A stretch of DNA of 54,732 nt from Burkholderiales bacterium (GTDB lineage Bacteria; Pseudomonadota; Gammaproteobacteria; Burkholderiales; SG8-39): contig JBQMQE010000004.1 in the NCBI GenBank assembly GCA_052172655.1, forward strand, positions 1 through 54,732. The letters are read 5' to 3'. A model generated the notes under the pieces. It searched no databases and was not told where the DNA came from. It worked only from the letters and a program-made list of their open reading frames with translations. Of this stretch, positions 46,384 through 54,732 are shown in pieces; the first letter of the stretch is position 1; every line of letters starts with the position of its first letter. The position numbers and the translations under genes were made by a program.

Positions 46384-47015
46384 GATGCTCCTCCTGGCCG
46401 GCGCAGCGTTGGGTGCGCGGGGCCGGTTATCTTGAGTACGATGTCCTGGTAAATGTCGATTAGTTCAGATTGCGCGAGCCGGCCGCTCTTGCGGTACCAC
46501 TGGCAGGTTCCCGTCAGCATGGCAATGATTGCGAAAGCGGTCACCCGCGCATCGCGTATGGAGAATTGCCCCGCCTTCATTCCCTGCGTGAGGATGTCGG
46601 CCACGTAGTCTTCGTAGCGTTTTCGCAGCGCCACATACTTGAGGTAGCGCGCTCTGCTGAGGCTGCGCATTTCCATGAAACCGATGAATGTCTCAAGGCG
46701 GCGTTCGGTGTGCCAGCGGATGTGGAATTCGACGAAGCTCATCAGCCTGTCGACGGGCGAAGTGGTGACCGGACCGACGGTTTTCTCGAAATCCGCGAGT
46801 ATCTCTTCGAGGATCTCGCACAATATGCGAAACAGGAATTCTTCTTTGCTTTGAAAATAATTGTACAAGGAACCCGGCCTGAGCCCCGCCTCGACGGCCA
46901 GTTGCCGCAGGTTCATCGCTGCATATCCATGTCTGTATATCAGCTTTATGCCGGATTTACGGATACTCGCCCAAGTCGCTTCGCCTTTGGATTTTGCCGT
47001 CCTTGCCACGCGCAT
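46380..47015 (-). CDS. TetR family regulator (KstR2/PaaR-like C-domain)
   Basis: GYAAMNLRQLA...GSLYNYFQSKEE HTH; C-terminal WYRKSGRL; start ATG 47015. Confidence 0.9.
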   Translation of the reverse strand: MRVARTAKSKGEATWASIRKSGIKLIYRHGYAAMNLRQLAVEAGLRPGSLYNYFQSKEEFLFRILCEILEEILADFEKTVGPVTTSPVDRLMSFVEFHIRWHTERRLETFIGFMEMRSLSRARYLKYVALRKRYEDYVADILTQGMKAGQFSIRDARVTAFAIIAMLTGTCQWYRKSGRLAQSELIDIYQDIVLKITGPAHPTLRRPGGAS

Positions 47016-47023
47016 AGCTCCAG

Positions 47024-47767
47024 TCAGAAGCCGATCGACAATCCGCCGCACACGAACAGCGTCTGGCCGGTGACGAAACTGGCCTGCGGCGAGGCGAAGA
47101 AGGCGATGCATTCCGCAACTTCCTCGGCTGTGCCGACGCGCTTCATGGGCGTACGCTCGATGCCGCTGCGCTGAAATTCCTCCGGTACGGTCAGGAACAT
47201 GCCCGCACTGATGAGGCCTGGAGCGACGCAGTTCACGGTGATCCCGTGGGTTGCCCATTCCAGCGCAGCCGTGCGCGAGAGTGCCTCGATCGCCGCCTTG
47301 GCCGCGCCGTAGGAACCTCCGCCCACGGAGCCCAGGACGGCCACCGAGCTGGTGTTGACGATGCGCCCGTAACCCGCGCTGCGCATCCTGGGCGCGACGG
47401 CGCGCATGCAATTGAGCGTACCCTGGAGATGCGTCGCCAGTGTAAGCTCGAAGTCCCGATCGGATATTTTTGTGACCAGCGCGTTGCGCACGATCCCGGC
47501 CATGTTGACCAACGCGTCTATGCGCCCGAACTCATCGGCGAGCGCATCGGCCAGCCGGGTGACCGCGGCCTGATCAGTGACATCGAGTTGAACCGCACGC
47601 GCACGCAGACCGTCCCTCAGCAATGCGGCGGCGCATGCGTCGGAACGCGACCCGTCCGCATCGCAAACCATCACGAAAAAGCCCTTGCTGGCGAGCACCC
47701 GGCAGGTGGCGGCACCTAGACCGCCAGCGCCGCCCGTGACCAGCGCTGCACGCGCCTGACTGTTCAT
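47024..47767 (-). CDS. SDR oxidoreductase (FabG-like)
   Basis: TGGAGGLG, NMAGIVR, YGAAK, VCGG; start ATG 47767. Confidence 0.9.
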   Translation of the reverse strand: MNSQARAALVTGGAGGLGAATCRVLASKGFFVMVCDADGSRSDACAAALLRDGLRARAVQLDVTDQAAVTRLADALADEFGRIDALVNMAGIVRNALVTKISDRDFELTLATHLQGTLNCMRAVAPRMRSAGYGRIVNTSSVAVLGSVGGGSYGAAKAAIEALSRTAALEWATHGITVNCVAPGLISAGMFLTVPEEFQRSGIERTPMKRVGTAEEVAECIAFFASPQASFVTGQTLFVCGGLSIGF

Positions 47768-47857
47768 ACGCTGCTTCCCGTTTGTCGATACGGACGAGGA
47801 AACGTCACTCAGTGGCCCGGCACCCCTGCAACTCCCGGCGCCACCGGGCAATTATGC

Positions 47858-47902
47858 TTGACACCCAATAGTAAATCAATAAAAATACGGACGACCGTTC
47901 GT
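47858..47902 (+). promoter_or_regulatory. Promoter (-35 TTGACA) with an adjacent palindromic TetR-type operator
   Basis: TTGACA at 47858, A-rich -10 region at 47880-47886, then ACGGACG-AC-CGTTCGT (6/7 inverted repeat). Confidence 0.6.
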
Positions 47903-47971
47903 TTTCTGTATCGGCGGGCGACAGTTCACGCCGGCGCGGTCCGGACCGGGGCAGAATAGGTGATCGGCGCT

Positions 47972-48748
47972 ATGAGTTACTCCAGGATCAGTCTTGCTTT
48001 CCAGTCCGAGGCGGCGGTCATTACGATAGACAATCCGCCCGCCAATGCCCTGCATCCCCAGGTCTCCGACGAGATCCTGGATGCGCTCGCGAGCATCGAC
48101 GGACACGCCGGGGTGAGAGGAGTCGTGATTACCGGGCGCGGGGCTTATTTCGTGGCCGGCGGCGATATCGCTTACTTCACCGAACTCGACTCGCGCAGCG
48201 CCGAGATCTATGCGTTGCGGATACAGGCCATGCAGGCGGCGATTCAAGACCACCCCCTGCCTGTAATCGCGGCAGTGAATGGATATGCCCTGGGCGGCGG
48301 CTGCGAACTCATGATGGCGTGCGACATACGCGTTGCCGACGAGACGGCGAGCTTTGGCCAGCCGGAAGTCAGGCTGGGCTTGATTCCGGGGGCGGGCGGC
48401 ACCCAGAACCTGCCGCGGCTGGTGCCGCTTGGACAGGCGAAGCGCATGCTGTTCACCGGGCAGCGCATTTCCGCCGCCCGGGCGCTGCAGATCGGCCTGG
48501 TCGACGAGGTCGTCGCACCTGGTGGGGCGTTAGAGGCAGCGTTGGGCATCGTGCGCGAGATCGCGCAATGCGCCCCGCTTGCCGTATCCCAGGCCAAGCG
48601 TGCCGTGAACCTGGGCATGCGCATGTCGGCCTCGGACGCACTTCGGCTGGAAGCAGCCCTTTTTGCCGACCTGTTCAAGACTGCGGACGTCAAAGAAGGA
48701 ATCCGGGCATTCGCGGAAAAGAGACCGCCCAAGTTCCAGGGGCGCTGA
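47972..48748 (+). CDS. Enoyl-CoA hydratase (canonical two-Glu type)
   Basis: FVAGGDI, GGGCEL, FGQPEV.LG.IPGAGGTQ. Confidence 0.93.
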   Translation: MSYSRISLAFQSEAAVITIDNPPANALHPQVSDEILDALASIDGHAGVRGVVITGRGAYFVAGGDIAYFTELDSRSAEIYALRIQAMQAAIQDHPLPVIAAVNGYALGGGCELMMACDIRVADETASFGQPEVRLGLIPGAGGTQNLPRLVPLGQAKRMLFTGQRISAARALQIGLVDEVVAPGGALEAALGIVREIAQCAPLAVSQAKRAVNLGMRMSASDALRLEAALFADLFKTADVKEGIRAFAEKRPPKFQGR

Positions 48749-48798
48749 GCCTCGCAGCCCGGAGATTCGGCGAAACCATCATCAATGAGGAAATGTTC

Positions 48799-49596
48799 AT
48801 GAAAATCTGCGTCGTCCATGTCAACGCCGAGAAATACTCGGGGTCTTACACCCCGATGATCACGGCGAATTTCGAAAAGGCAAAGGCCGAAGGCACGACC
48901 ATATCGCATCGTTTTGTGCAGCACTTGAAGCGCGCCACCGATACCGTTTTCGCCTATCCGAGCCTGCTCAACAAGATCGATGTCGCCGAGGAAATGCTCA
49001 AGGCGGAGGCGGAGGGGGCGGACGCGGTCATGGTTGCTTGCTCGGGCGACACCGGGGTAGCCGAAGCGCGCACGCTGGTATCCATACCCGTCGTCGGCCC
49101 GATGGAAGCGGCGCTGCATCTTGCCTGCGCCTATGGTCACAAGGTCGGAATAGTCACCACTGCCGACCGGTCATGGTCGGAGTACTGCGAGATGATGGTC
49201 TCGGCCTACGGACTGAGCAGCCGCTTCGCCGGCGTGCGGCGTATCGCCACGCCCTCGAGCGAAGCATTTACCAAGGGATTTACCCAGCCGCAGGAAATGG
49301 CGCGGGAAATCGCCGCACATGCCAAGGCTCTGGTCGAGGCCGGAGCCAATTCCATTGTCATCGGCAGCGCCGGGATGAGCGTCATGGCGACCGCGGCCGG
49401 CCTTTCCCGGGTCCCGGAGTACGGCGCCCCCATTTTCGATTGTCTGACGGTCGGACTCAAGACCGCGGAACTTCGCTCCGATCTTCAACGTAAACTTGCT
49501 GTTCCCGAGACCAGCCGGGTCGGCTGGGGCGAGCGGCTGATGCCGCCAGACCTCGGGCGCCTGCGCAAACTGTTTGCCCTGGCTCCGCAGGCATGA
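48799..49596 (+). CDS. Asp/Glu/hydantoin racemase family protein (Cys/Ser variant)
   Basis: ADAVMVACSGDTG, ARTLVSIPVVG, IVIGSAGM. Confidence 0.85.
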   Translation: MKICVVHVNAEKYSGSYTPMITANFEKAKAEGTTISHRFVQHLKRATDTVFAYPSLLNKIDVAEEMLKAEAEGADAVMVACSGDTGVAEARTLVSIPVVGPMEAALHLACAYGHKVGIVTTADRSWSEYCEMMVSAYGLSSRFAGVRRIATPSSEAFTKGFTQPQEMAREIAAHAKALVEAGANSIVIGSAGMSVMATAAGLSRVPEYGAPIFDCLTVGLKTAELRSDLQRKLAVPETSRVGWGERLMPPDLGRLRKLFALAPQA

Positions 49597-49635
49597 GCCG
49601 CTTATCGCGCCGCCACGCGCCCTGAGGATTCGATC

Positions 49636-50811
49636 ATGCCCCGGCAAGCGACCCTCGCCTCATTGCTGACGGAAGAAGAGCTGACATTGCAGGATTCGGT
49701 CCGCCGCTTCATGAACAAGGAGGTGGAGCCTCAGTGCGCCGCGATGGAAAGCGCCGGGCAGCCTCCGCGCGATTTGATACTGAAAATGGGGCAGCTCGGC
49801 CTGCTGGGCTCGTTTTTTCCGGAGCAATACGGCGGTAGCGGCGCATCCATCGCTACGCGCGCCATCATCAGCGAGGAAACCGCGCGCGTCAATGCGGGCT
49901 TCGACATCACCCTGTTTGCCGATATCGTCCTGTTTGCCCGTGCGGTGAACAAGCACGGCACGCATGAGCAGAAACTGAAGTATCTCGTGCCCGTGCTCTG
50001 CGGCGAGAAAATCGGTGCGATGGCGATCACCGAAACCAAGGGCGGTTCAAATGCCCTGGGCGCGCGCACCACCGGGCGCGCCCAGGGCGGCGAGTATGTG
50101 CTCAACGGCGCAAAGACGTTCATCACCAACGCTCCAATCGCGGACTTCATCCTCGTGCTGGCGCGCACGAGCGGCCAGGAGCGGCAGGTCGATGGCGGAA
50201 CCTGGTTTATCCTCGAACGCGGGACACCCGGCTTGGCGACAGGAAAGCCATTCGACAAGCTCGGCATGAAGAGTTCGCCCACCGGAGAAGTGTTTCTGTC
50301 GGACGCGCGGGTTCCCGCGACTCAAGTCCTGGGCGAAATCGGCCAGGGATTTCACTACCTGTTCAACGCGCTCGATGTCGAACGCGTGCTGGAGGGGGCA
50401 TCGACGATCGGAATCGCCCTGGCGTGTCTGGACCTGTCCGCCGCCTATGCGCTGCAGCGCGAAGTGTTCGGCAAATTCATCGCGCAATATCAGTTGATCC
50501 AGGAAAAGATCGCGGCCATGGAATCCGGAATCGAACTCTCGCGCACGATGCTGTACCGCTTGCTGCGGGCTGTCGACCGTGGCGAGAAGATCACGCGCGA
50601 GGCCGCGATCCTCAAATTGTACTCCTCGCAGATGGCGGTCCAGGCGGCCGCGGACGCGGTGCAGATCATGGGAGGTCATGGATATATGGAAGACAACAAG
50701 GTGGCGCGTTTTTTTCGCGACGCAAAACATCATGAAATCGGCGCCGGCACGAGCGAAATCATGAAAATCATCATTTCTCGCGAAGCACTGAAGCGCTACG
50801 CGGGGAATTAG
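49636..50811 (+). CDS. Acyl-CoA dehydrogenase, isovaleryl-CoA dehydrogenase-like
   Basis: GAKTFITN, KLGMKSSPT, LDVERV (IVD-position Glu), EIGAGTSEI. Confidence 0.92.
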   Translation: MPRQATLASLLTEEELTLQDSVRRFMNKEVEPQCAAMESAGQPPRDLILKMGQLGLLGSFFPEQYGGSGASIATRAIISEETARVNAGFDITLFADIVLFARAVNKHGTHEQKLKYLVPVLCGEKIGAMAITETKGGSNALGARTTGRAQGGEYVLNGAKTFITNAPIADFILVLARTSGQERQVDGGTWFILERGTPGLATGKPFDKLGMKSSPTGEVFLSDARVPATQVLGEIGQGFHYLFNALDVERVLEGASTIGIALACLDLSAAYALQREVFGKFIAQYQLIQEKIAAMESGIELSRTMLYRLLRAVDRGEKITREAAILKLYSSQMAVQAAADAVQIMGGHGYMEDNKVARFFRDAKHHEIGAGTSEIMKIIISREALKRYAGN

Positions 50812-50860
50812 GCGGTGGTCGTCTTGAGGCAGATAGCTCGAAGGCCATGAGGACCGGTGG

Positions 50861-52432
50861 ATGAGCTGGCTTACGCTTAGCGACGTGCTGTTCGACAATC
50901 CCCTGATCGTCCCCGAAAGGACGAGCGTGATTGCGGGAGGGCGGAGGCTGTCCTTCGCGGATCTGCGCCAGGGCGCAGGCGCGGTCGCCCATGCCCTGCG
51001 GCGCGAGGGGATGCGCCGCGGAGACCGCGTGGCATTGCTGCTGAAAAATTGTCCGGAGTTTCTCGAGCTTTTTTTCGGCGTCACCGCGGCCGGAGCCGTC
51101 GCCGTACCGCTGAATACGCGCCTGCACCCGAAAGAGCATGCCCGCCTGCTGCAGGACTGCGAGCCTGGATTGCTGGTGGCCTCCGCGAGCTTCGAGGCGT
51201 CCATCCATCAGATCGTCGCGAGCGTGCCGTCGGTGACGCGCGTGGTGCTTCTCGAACCAGACATCGGGCCGCACCCGGATTACGCGAGCTGGCGCGGTAC
51301 CGGCTCGGGGGCAGCTCCCGAATTCCGCCCCGCACCCGGGGACGACGCGGCGATTCTATACACGAGCGGCACGACATCCTCTCCCAAGGGAGTGGTGCTG
51401 TCGCATCACAACTATGTTTCAGACCTGGAGCACGTCGGCGCAGAGATTCAGCCGACGCGCGACAGCGTCAATCTGCAATTGAGCCCCATGTACCACGCGG
51501 CATTCGTTCACAGCCTGGTGCATCTGGCCTACGGCGCATGCACCGTGTTGAACGAGAATTTCGACGTCACGGCAACGCTGGAGCAGATTCAGTCGGAAGC
51601 GGTCACCTATTTCTTTGCGGTGCCGACGATGCTTTACCAGATTCTGGACCATCCGCGCTTGCGCGAATACGACCTGCGCTCCCTGCGCTTGATTTCCTAT
51701 GGCGCGGCGGCGATCACCGGTACCCGGCTGCGCGAGGCGATCGCGGCTTTCGGCAACGACAAGCTGATTCACGCCTATGGACTGACGGAATCCACCTCGC
51801 ATTCTTCGGTTCTGCATCCGGCCGAGCATCTGACGGTTCCCGGTTCCATAGGCCGGGGCTTGCATGGCGTGAAACTCAAAGTGATCCGGGACGACGGCTC
51901 CGCGGTCGCAGCTGGCGAGGTGGGCGAGATCATCGTCCAGGGTGACAATGTGATGAAGGGGTACTGGCGGCGGCCTGAGGAAACCGCCAGGACCGTCGTC
52001 GACGGATGGCTGCGGACGGGCGATTTGGGCAAGCTCGACGAGCACGGCTATGTATATGTAGTCGATCGAAAGAAAGACATGGTGATCAGCGGAGGGGTGA
52101 ACATTTTTCCGCGCGAGAGCGAGGAAGTGCTCAGCGCCCATCCCAGCATCGCCGAAGTCGCCGTGTTCGGCGTACCCGACGCCCTATGGGGAGAGTCACT
52201 TGCAGCCGCAGTGGTGTTGCGCAGGGGATGCAGCGCCACTCCCGAGTCGCTGCTGGAATTCGCCAGAGGACAGCTGGCCGGGTTCAAGCTGCCGAAAGAC
52301 ATCCGCATAGTCGATACGCTGCCCAAGACTGCCTCGGGCAAAGTGCAGAAGGCCGAATTGCGGCGCAACGCGGCTGCGTTTAGACTCGAGGGCGGACCCG
52401 GAAAATACCTGGACGGAGCAACGCCCAAATGA
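50861..52432 (+). CDS. Acyl-CoA synthetase (long-chain-fatty-acid-CoA ligase-like)
   Basis: YTSGTTSSPKG, YGLTE, LRTGD, DRKKDMVISGG, SGKVQK. Confidence 0.93.
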   Translation: MSWLTLSDVLFDNPLIVPERTSVIAGGRRLSFADLRQGAGAVAHALRREGMRRGDRVALLLKNCPEFLELFFGVTAAGAVAVPLNTRLHPKEHARLLQDCEPGLLVASASFEASIHQIVASVPSVTRVVLLEPDIGPHPDYASWRGTGSGAAPEFRPAPGDDAAILYTSGTTSSPKGVVLSHHNYVSDLEHVGAEIQPTRDSVNLQLSPMYHAAFVHSLVHLAYGACTVLNENFDVTATLEQIQSEAVTYFFAVPTMLYQILDHPRLREYDLRSLRLISYGAAAITGTRLREAIAAFGNDKLIHAYGLTESTSHSSVLHPAEHLTVPGSIGRGLHGVKLKVIRDDGSAVAAGEVGEIIVQGDNVMKGYWRRPEETARTVVDGWLRTGDLGKLDEHGYVYVVDRKKDMVISGGVNIFPRESEEVLSAHPSIAEVAVFGVPDALWGESLAAAVVLRRGCSATPESLLEFARGQLAGFKLPKDIRIVDTLPKTASGKVQKAELRRNAAAFRLEGGPGKYLDGATPK

Positions 52433-53226
52433 AAACGCACGCAAGCGCAGACGGAAAGCCCGCGGTCAGCGGTGCAGCAGGCCAGACCGTGGTGGTCGTG
52501 GGTGGCAGCGGCGGACTCGGGCAGGCGGTGTGTCGATGCCTGGCCGACGAGCAGCGCAAGGTCTTCATAACCTACCGCTCCGGCCAGCGCGCCGCCGCGC
52601 AAGTCGCGGAACGTCTTCCCACCGGAACCAGCATAGGAATAGGCCAAATGGATGTGACCGACCGCGCATCCATCTCCCGGTTGCGCGATTCCGTGATGCA
52701 TGCGGCAGGGAGCATAGGCGGCGTGGTGTTTGCTTCGGGCGTCGATATCGCCCAGCCGCGCGTGGCCGACGCCAGCGAACAGGAATGGCGCGGCGTCATC
52801 GAAACCGAGCTGATGGGATTCATTAACATCGTCCAGGAATTTCTCCCGATATTCCGCGCACAGCGATACGGCACCTTCGTCAGCGTCGTTACGTACGCAA
52901 ACTATACTTTCCCCGTCGGGGACGCTTTGTCGAGCGTTCCCAAAGCCGGCATAGAGGCTCTGACCCGGGCGCTCGCCAAAGAAGAAGGGCGTAACGGCAT
53001 CCGCGCCAACTGCGTGGCGCCCGGGATCATCAATGCCGGACTCGGCGCCAAGTTGCAGGAGCAGCTATATGGACAGGAAATCTGGGACCGGCAAAAGCGC
53101 CGCGTGCCGTTGCGGCGATTCGGCGAAGCCGAAGACGTAGCCGAGGCGGTCGCGTTTCTGGTGTCGGAGAAAGCGCGCTACATTACCGGTTGCACGCTAT
53201 TGGTAGACGGAGGTATGCATCTTTAA
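52429..53226 (+). CDS. Atypical SDR oxidoreductase lacking the canonical catalytic Tyr
   Basis: VGGSGGLG, SSVPK in place of YxxxK, APG, VDGG; ATGA overlap with the ligase. Confidence 0.88.
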   Translation: MKTHASADGKPAVSGAAGQTVVVVGGSGGLGQAVCRCLADEQRKVFITYRSGQRAAAQVAERLPTGTSIGIGQMDVTDRASISRLRDSVMHAAGSIGGVVFASGVDIAQPRVADASEQEWRGVIETELMGFINIVQEFLPIFRAQRYGTFVSVVTYANYTFPVGDALSSVPKAGIEALTRALAKEEGRNGIRANCVAPGIINAGLGAKLQEQLYGQEIWDRQKRRVPLRRFGEAEDVAEAVAFLVSEKARYITGCTLLVDGGMHL

Positions 53227-53344
53227 GCGGCATTTACTACAAAGGAGAAGGAGAATGGCCATGTCTGTCGCGAAAGTTAGGTCCGCAAGATACGTCCTTC
53301 CGAATCGGTGCGTTTCGACCGGTCCGGGTCGAGGGAGGAATTCG

Positions 53345-54580
53345 GTGAAAAAGGCTGCCCTGGCGCTCTCGCTTGCTGCGGCCATTGCCGCGAGCGTCTT
53401 TCCCGCCGGCGCGCTGGCGCAGGCACCCGCTGGCCCCGCGAAAATTTCGGACGACGTGGTGAAAATCGGCCTGCTGCTCGATATGAGCAGCTTGTACGCG
53501 GACGTGACCGGCGCGGGTTCGGTCGAGGCGGCACGCATGGCAATCGAGGATTTCGGCGGCAAGGTGCTGGGCAAGCCGATCGAGCTCCTCTACGCCGATC
53601 ACCAGAACAAGGCGGACATCGCCGCCAACAAGGCGCGAGAGTGGATCGACACCCAAAAACTTGACATGATCGCCGATGTCGCAGCCTCCGCCACCGCGCT
53701 GGCTGTGGTCGATGTGGCGAAGCAGAAAAACAAGATCGTCATGCTGAGCGGACCCGGCTCGAGCCGCCTGACCAACGAGGCCTGCACGCCGATTAGCGTG
53801 CACTATGCCTGGGACACCTACGCGCTGGCGGTGGGCACCGGCCGCGGCGTGCTGAAGGGCGGCGGGAACACCTGGTTCTTCATTACCGCCGACTACGCCT
53901 TCGGCCACTCCCTGGAGCAGGACACCACGAACATAATCACAGCGGAGGGCGGCAAGGTCGTGGGTTCGGCACGCCATCCGTTGAACGCCTCGGATTTCTC
54001 GTCGTTCATTCTTCAGGCACAGGCATCCAAGGCGAAGGTGGTGGCCCTGGCGAATGCCGGCGGCGACACGGTCAACGCGATCAAGTCGGCCAATGAGTTC
54101 GGCTTGACCAAGAATCAGCAGCTGGCCGGACTGCTGGTGTTCATCAACGACGTGCATGCGCTGGGACTGAACGTCACCAAGGGCATGCTGCTCACCGAGT
54201 CGTTCTACTGGGACATGAACGACGAGACCCGCAAATGGTCGCGGCGCTACTTCGAGAAAATGAAAAAGATGCCCAATATGATCCAGGCGGGAACCTACTC
54301 CTCGATCACGCACTACCTCAAAGCCGTTCGGGCGACCGGCACCGACGACACCGCGACGGTCATGGCAAAGATGAAGGCAACGCCGATCAACGACATGTTC
54401 GTCAAGAACGGCCATATTCGCGAGGACGGCCGGATGGCGAAGGAATATTATCTGTTCGAAGTCAAGCAGCCGTCCGAATCGAAGTATCCCTGGGATTATT
54501 ACAAGCTGAAAGCGACCATTCCAGCCGATCAGGCCCTGCTGCCGCTCGCCAAAAGCAGGTGCCCGCTGGTTAAGAAATAG
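53345..54580 (+). CDS. ABC substrate-binding protein, LivK-fold, aromatic/organic acid-binding type
   Basis: Signal peptide, KIGLLLDMSSLYAD, ADHQNKAD, WFFITADYAFG, IREDGR; alternative in-frame starts at 53255/53261. Confidence 0.92.
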   Translation: MKKAALALSLAAAIAASVFPAGALAQAPAGPAKISDDVVKIGLLLDMSSLYADVTGAGSVEAARMAIEDFGGKVLGKPIELLYADHQNKADIAANKAREWIDTQKLDMIADVAASATALAVVDVAKQKNKIVMLSGPGSSRLTNEACTPISVHYAWDTYALAVGTGRGVLKGGGNTWFFITADYAFGHSLEQDTTNIITAEGGKVVGSARHPLNASDFSSFILQAQASKAKVVALANAGGDTVNAIKSANEFGLTKNQQLAGLLVFINDVHALGLNVTKGMLLTESFYWDMNDETRKWSRRYFEKMKKMPNMIQAGTYSSITHYLKAVRATGTDDTATVMAKMKATPINDMFVKNGHIREDGRMAKEYYLFEVKQPSESKYPWDYYKLKATIPADQALLPLAKSRCPLVKK

Positions 54581-54625
54581 CCGGCGTGAGCCGCGCGTGC
54601 TCGCTGTACGGGGGTAGACGGTCGA

Positions 54626-54732
54626 ATGGGCAAACTGGCGGGCAAAGTCGCGGTGATCACCGGCGGCGCCAACGGCATCGGCCGGGACACCGCACTGCGT
54701 TTTTTGAGCGAAGGCGCGCGCGTGGTGATCGC
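54626..54732 (+). CDS. SDR oxidoreductase, 5' fragment truncated by the window end
   Basis: [35 protein letters not shown]. Confidence 0.85.
   Translation, partial: MGKLAGKVAVITGGANGIGRDTALRFLSEGARVVI

Noticed and set aside
46380-47411. Long N-terminal extensions suggesting fusions or frameshifts (TetR; likewise the ORFs ending at 24575, 21919 and 49596)
   Set aside because: Each extension overlaps an intact upstream gene in another frame; internal starts explain them and I saw no slippery site.
22400-54732. Island as a mobile element or biosynthetic gene cluster
   Set aside because: No integrase, transposase, tRNA or att site seen; no carrier protein, PKS or NRPS; importers and beta-oxidation genes favour catabolism.

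Overview
GC-rich, gene-dense bacterial DNA that looks betaproteobacterial (inferred from gene repertoire and sequence style). About 55 CDS; I saw no rRNA, tRNA, CRISPR array, integrase or transposase. The first ~22 kb is a mosaic. It holds an Old Yellow Enzyme C-terminus, an AliA-type cyclohexanecarboxylate-CoA ligase, two MFS transporters, a DUF4212/sodium:solute symporter pair, PilZ and YceH proteins, and a complete five-gene tungsten aldehyde oxidoreductase operon (aorABCDE-like) with tandemly duplicated sigma70-type promoters and a REP-like doublet. A stand-alone AceE/MdeB-type E1 and a few small enzymes follow. From ~22.4 kb to the window end is a large catabolic island of unknown substrate with two divergent promoter regions. 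It encodes CoA ligases, acyl-CoA dehydrogenases, crotonases, many SDRs, a PRISE-type enone reductase, two KstD-like flavoproteins, an IolD-like ThDP enzyme, a VOC enzyme, an unknown Cys-motif protein, a Cys/Ser racemase homologue, an O-methyltransferase, a TetR regulator with a candidate operator, and a Liv-type ABC importer with a tandemly duplicated binding protein. Best novelty candidates: this putative ring-desaturation/ring-cleavage pathway and its unknown protein, an unannotated 32-aa Trp/Tyr/Arg-rich ORF, and several enzymes with swapped catalytic residues. All calls come from motif recognition by eye, without database searches.
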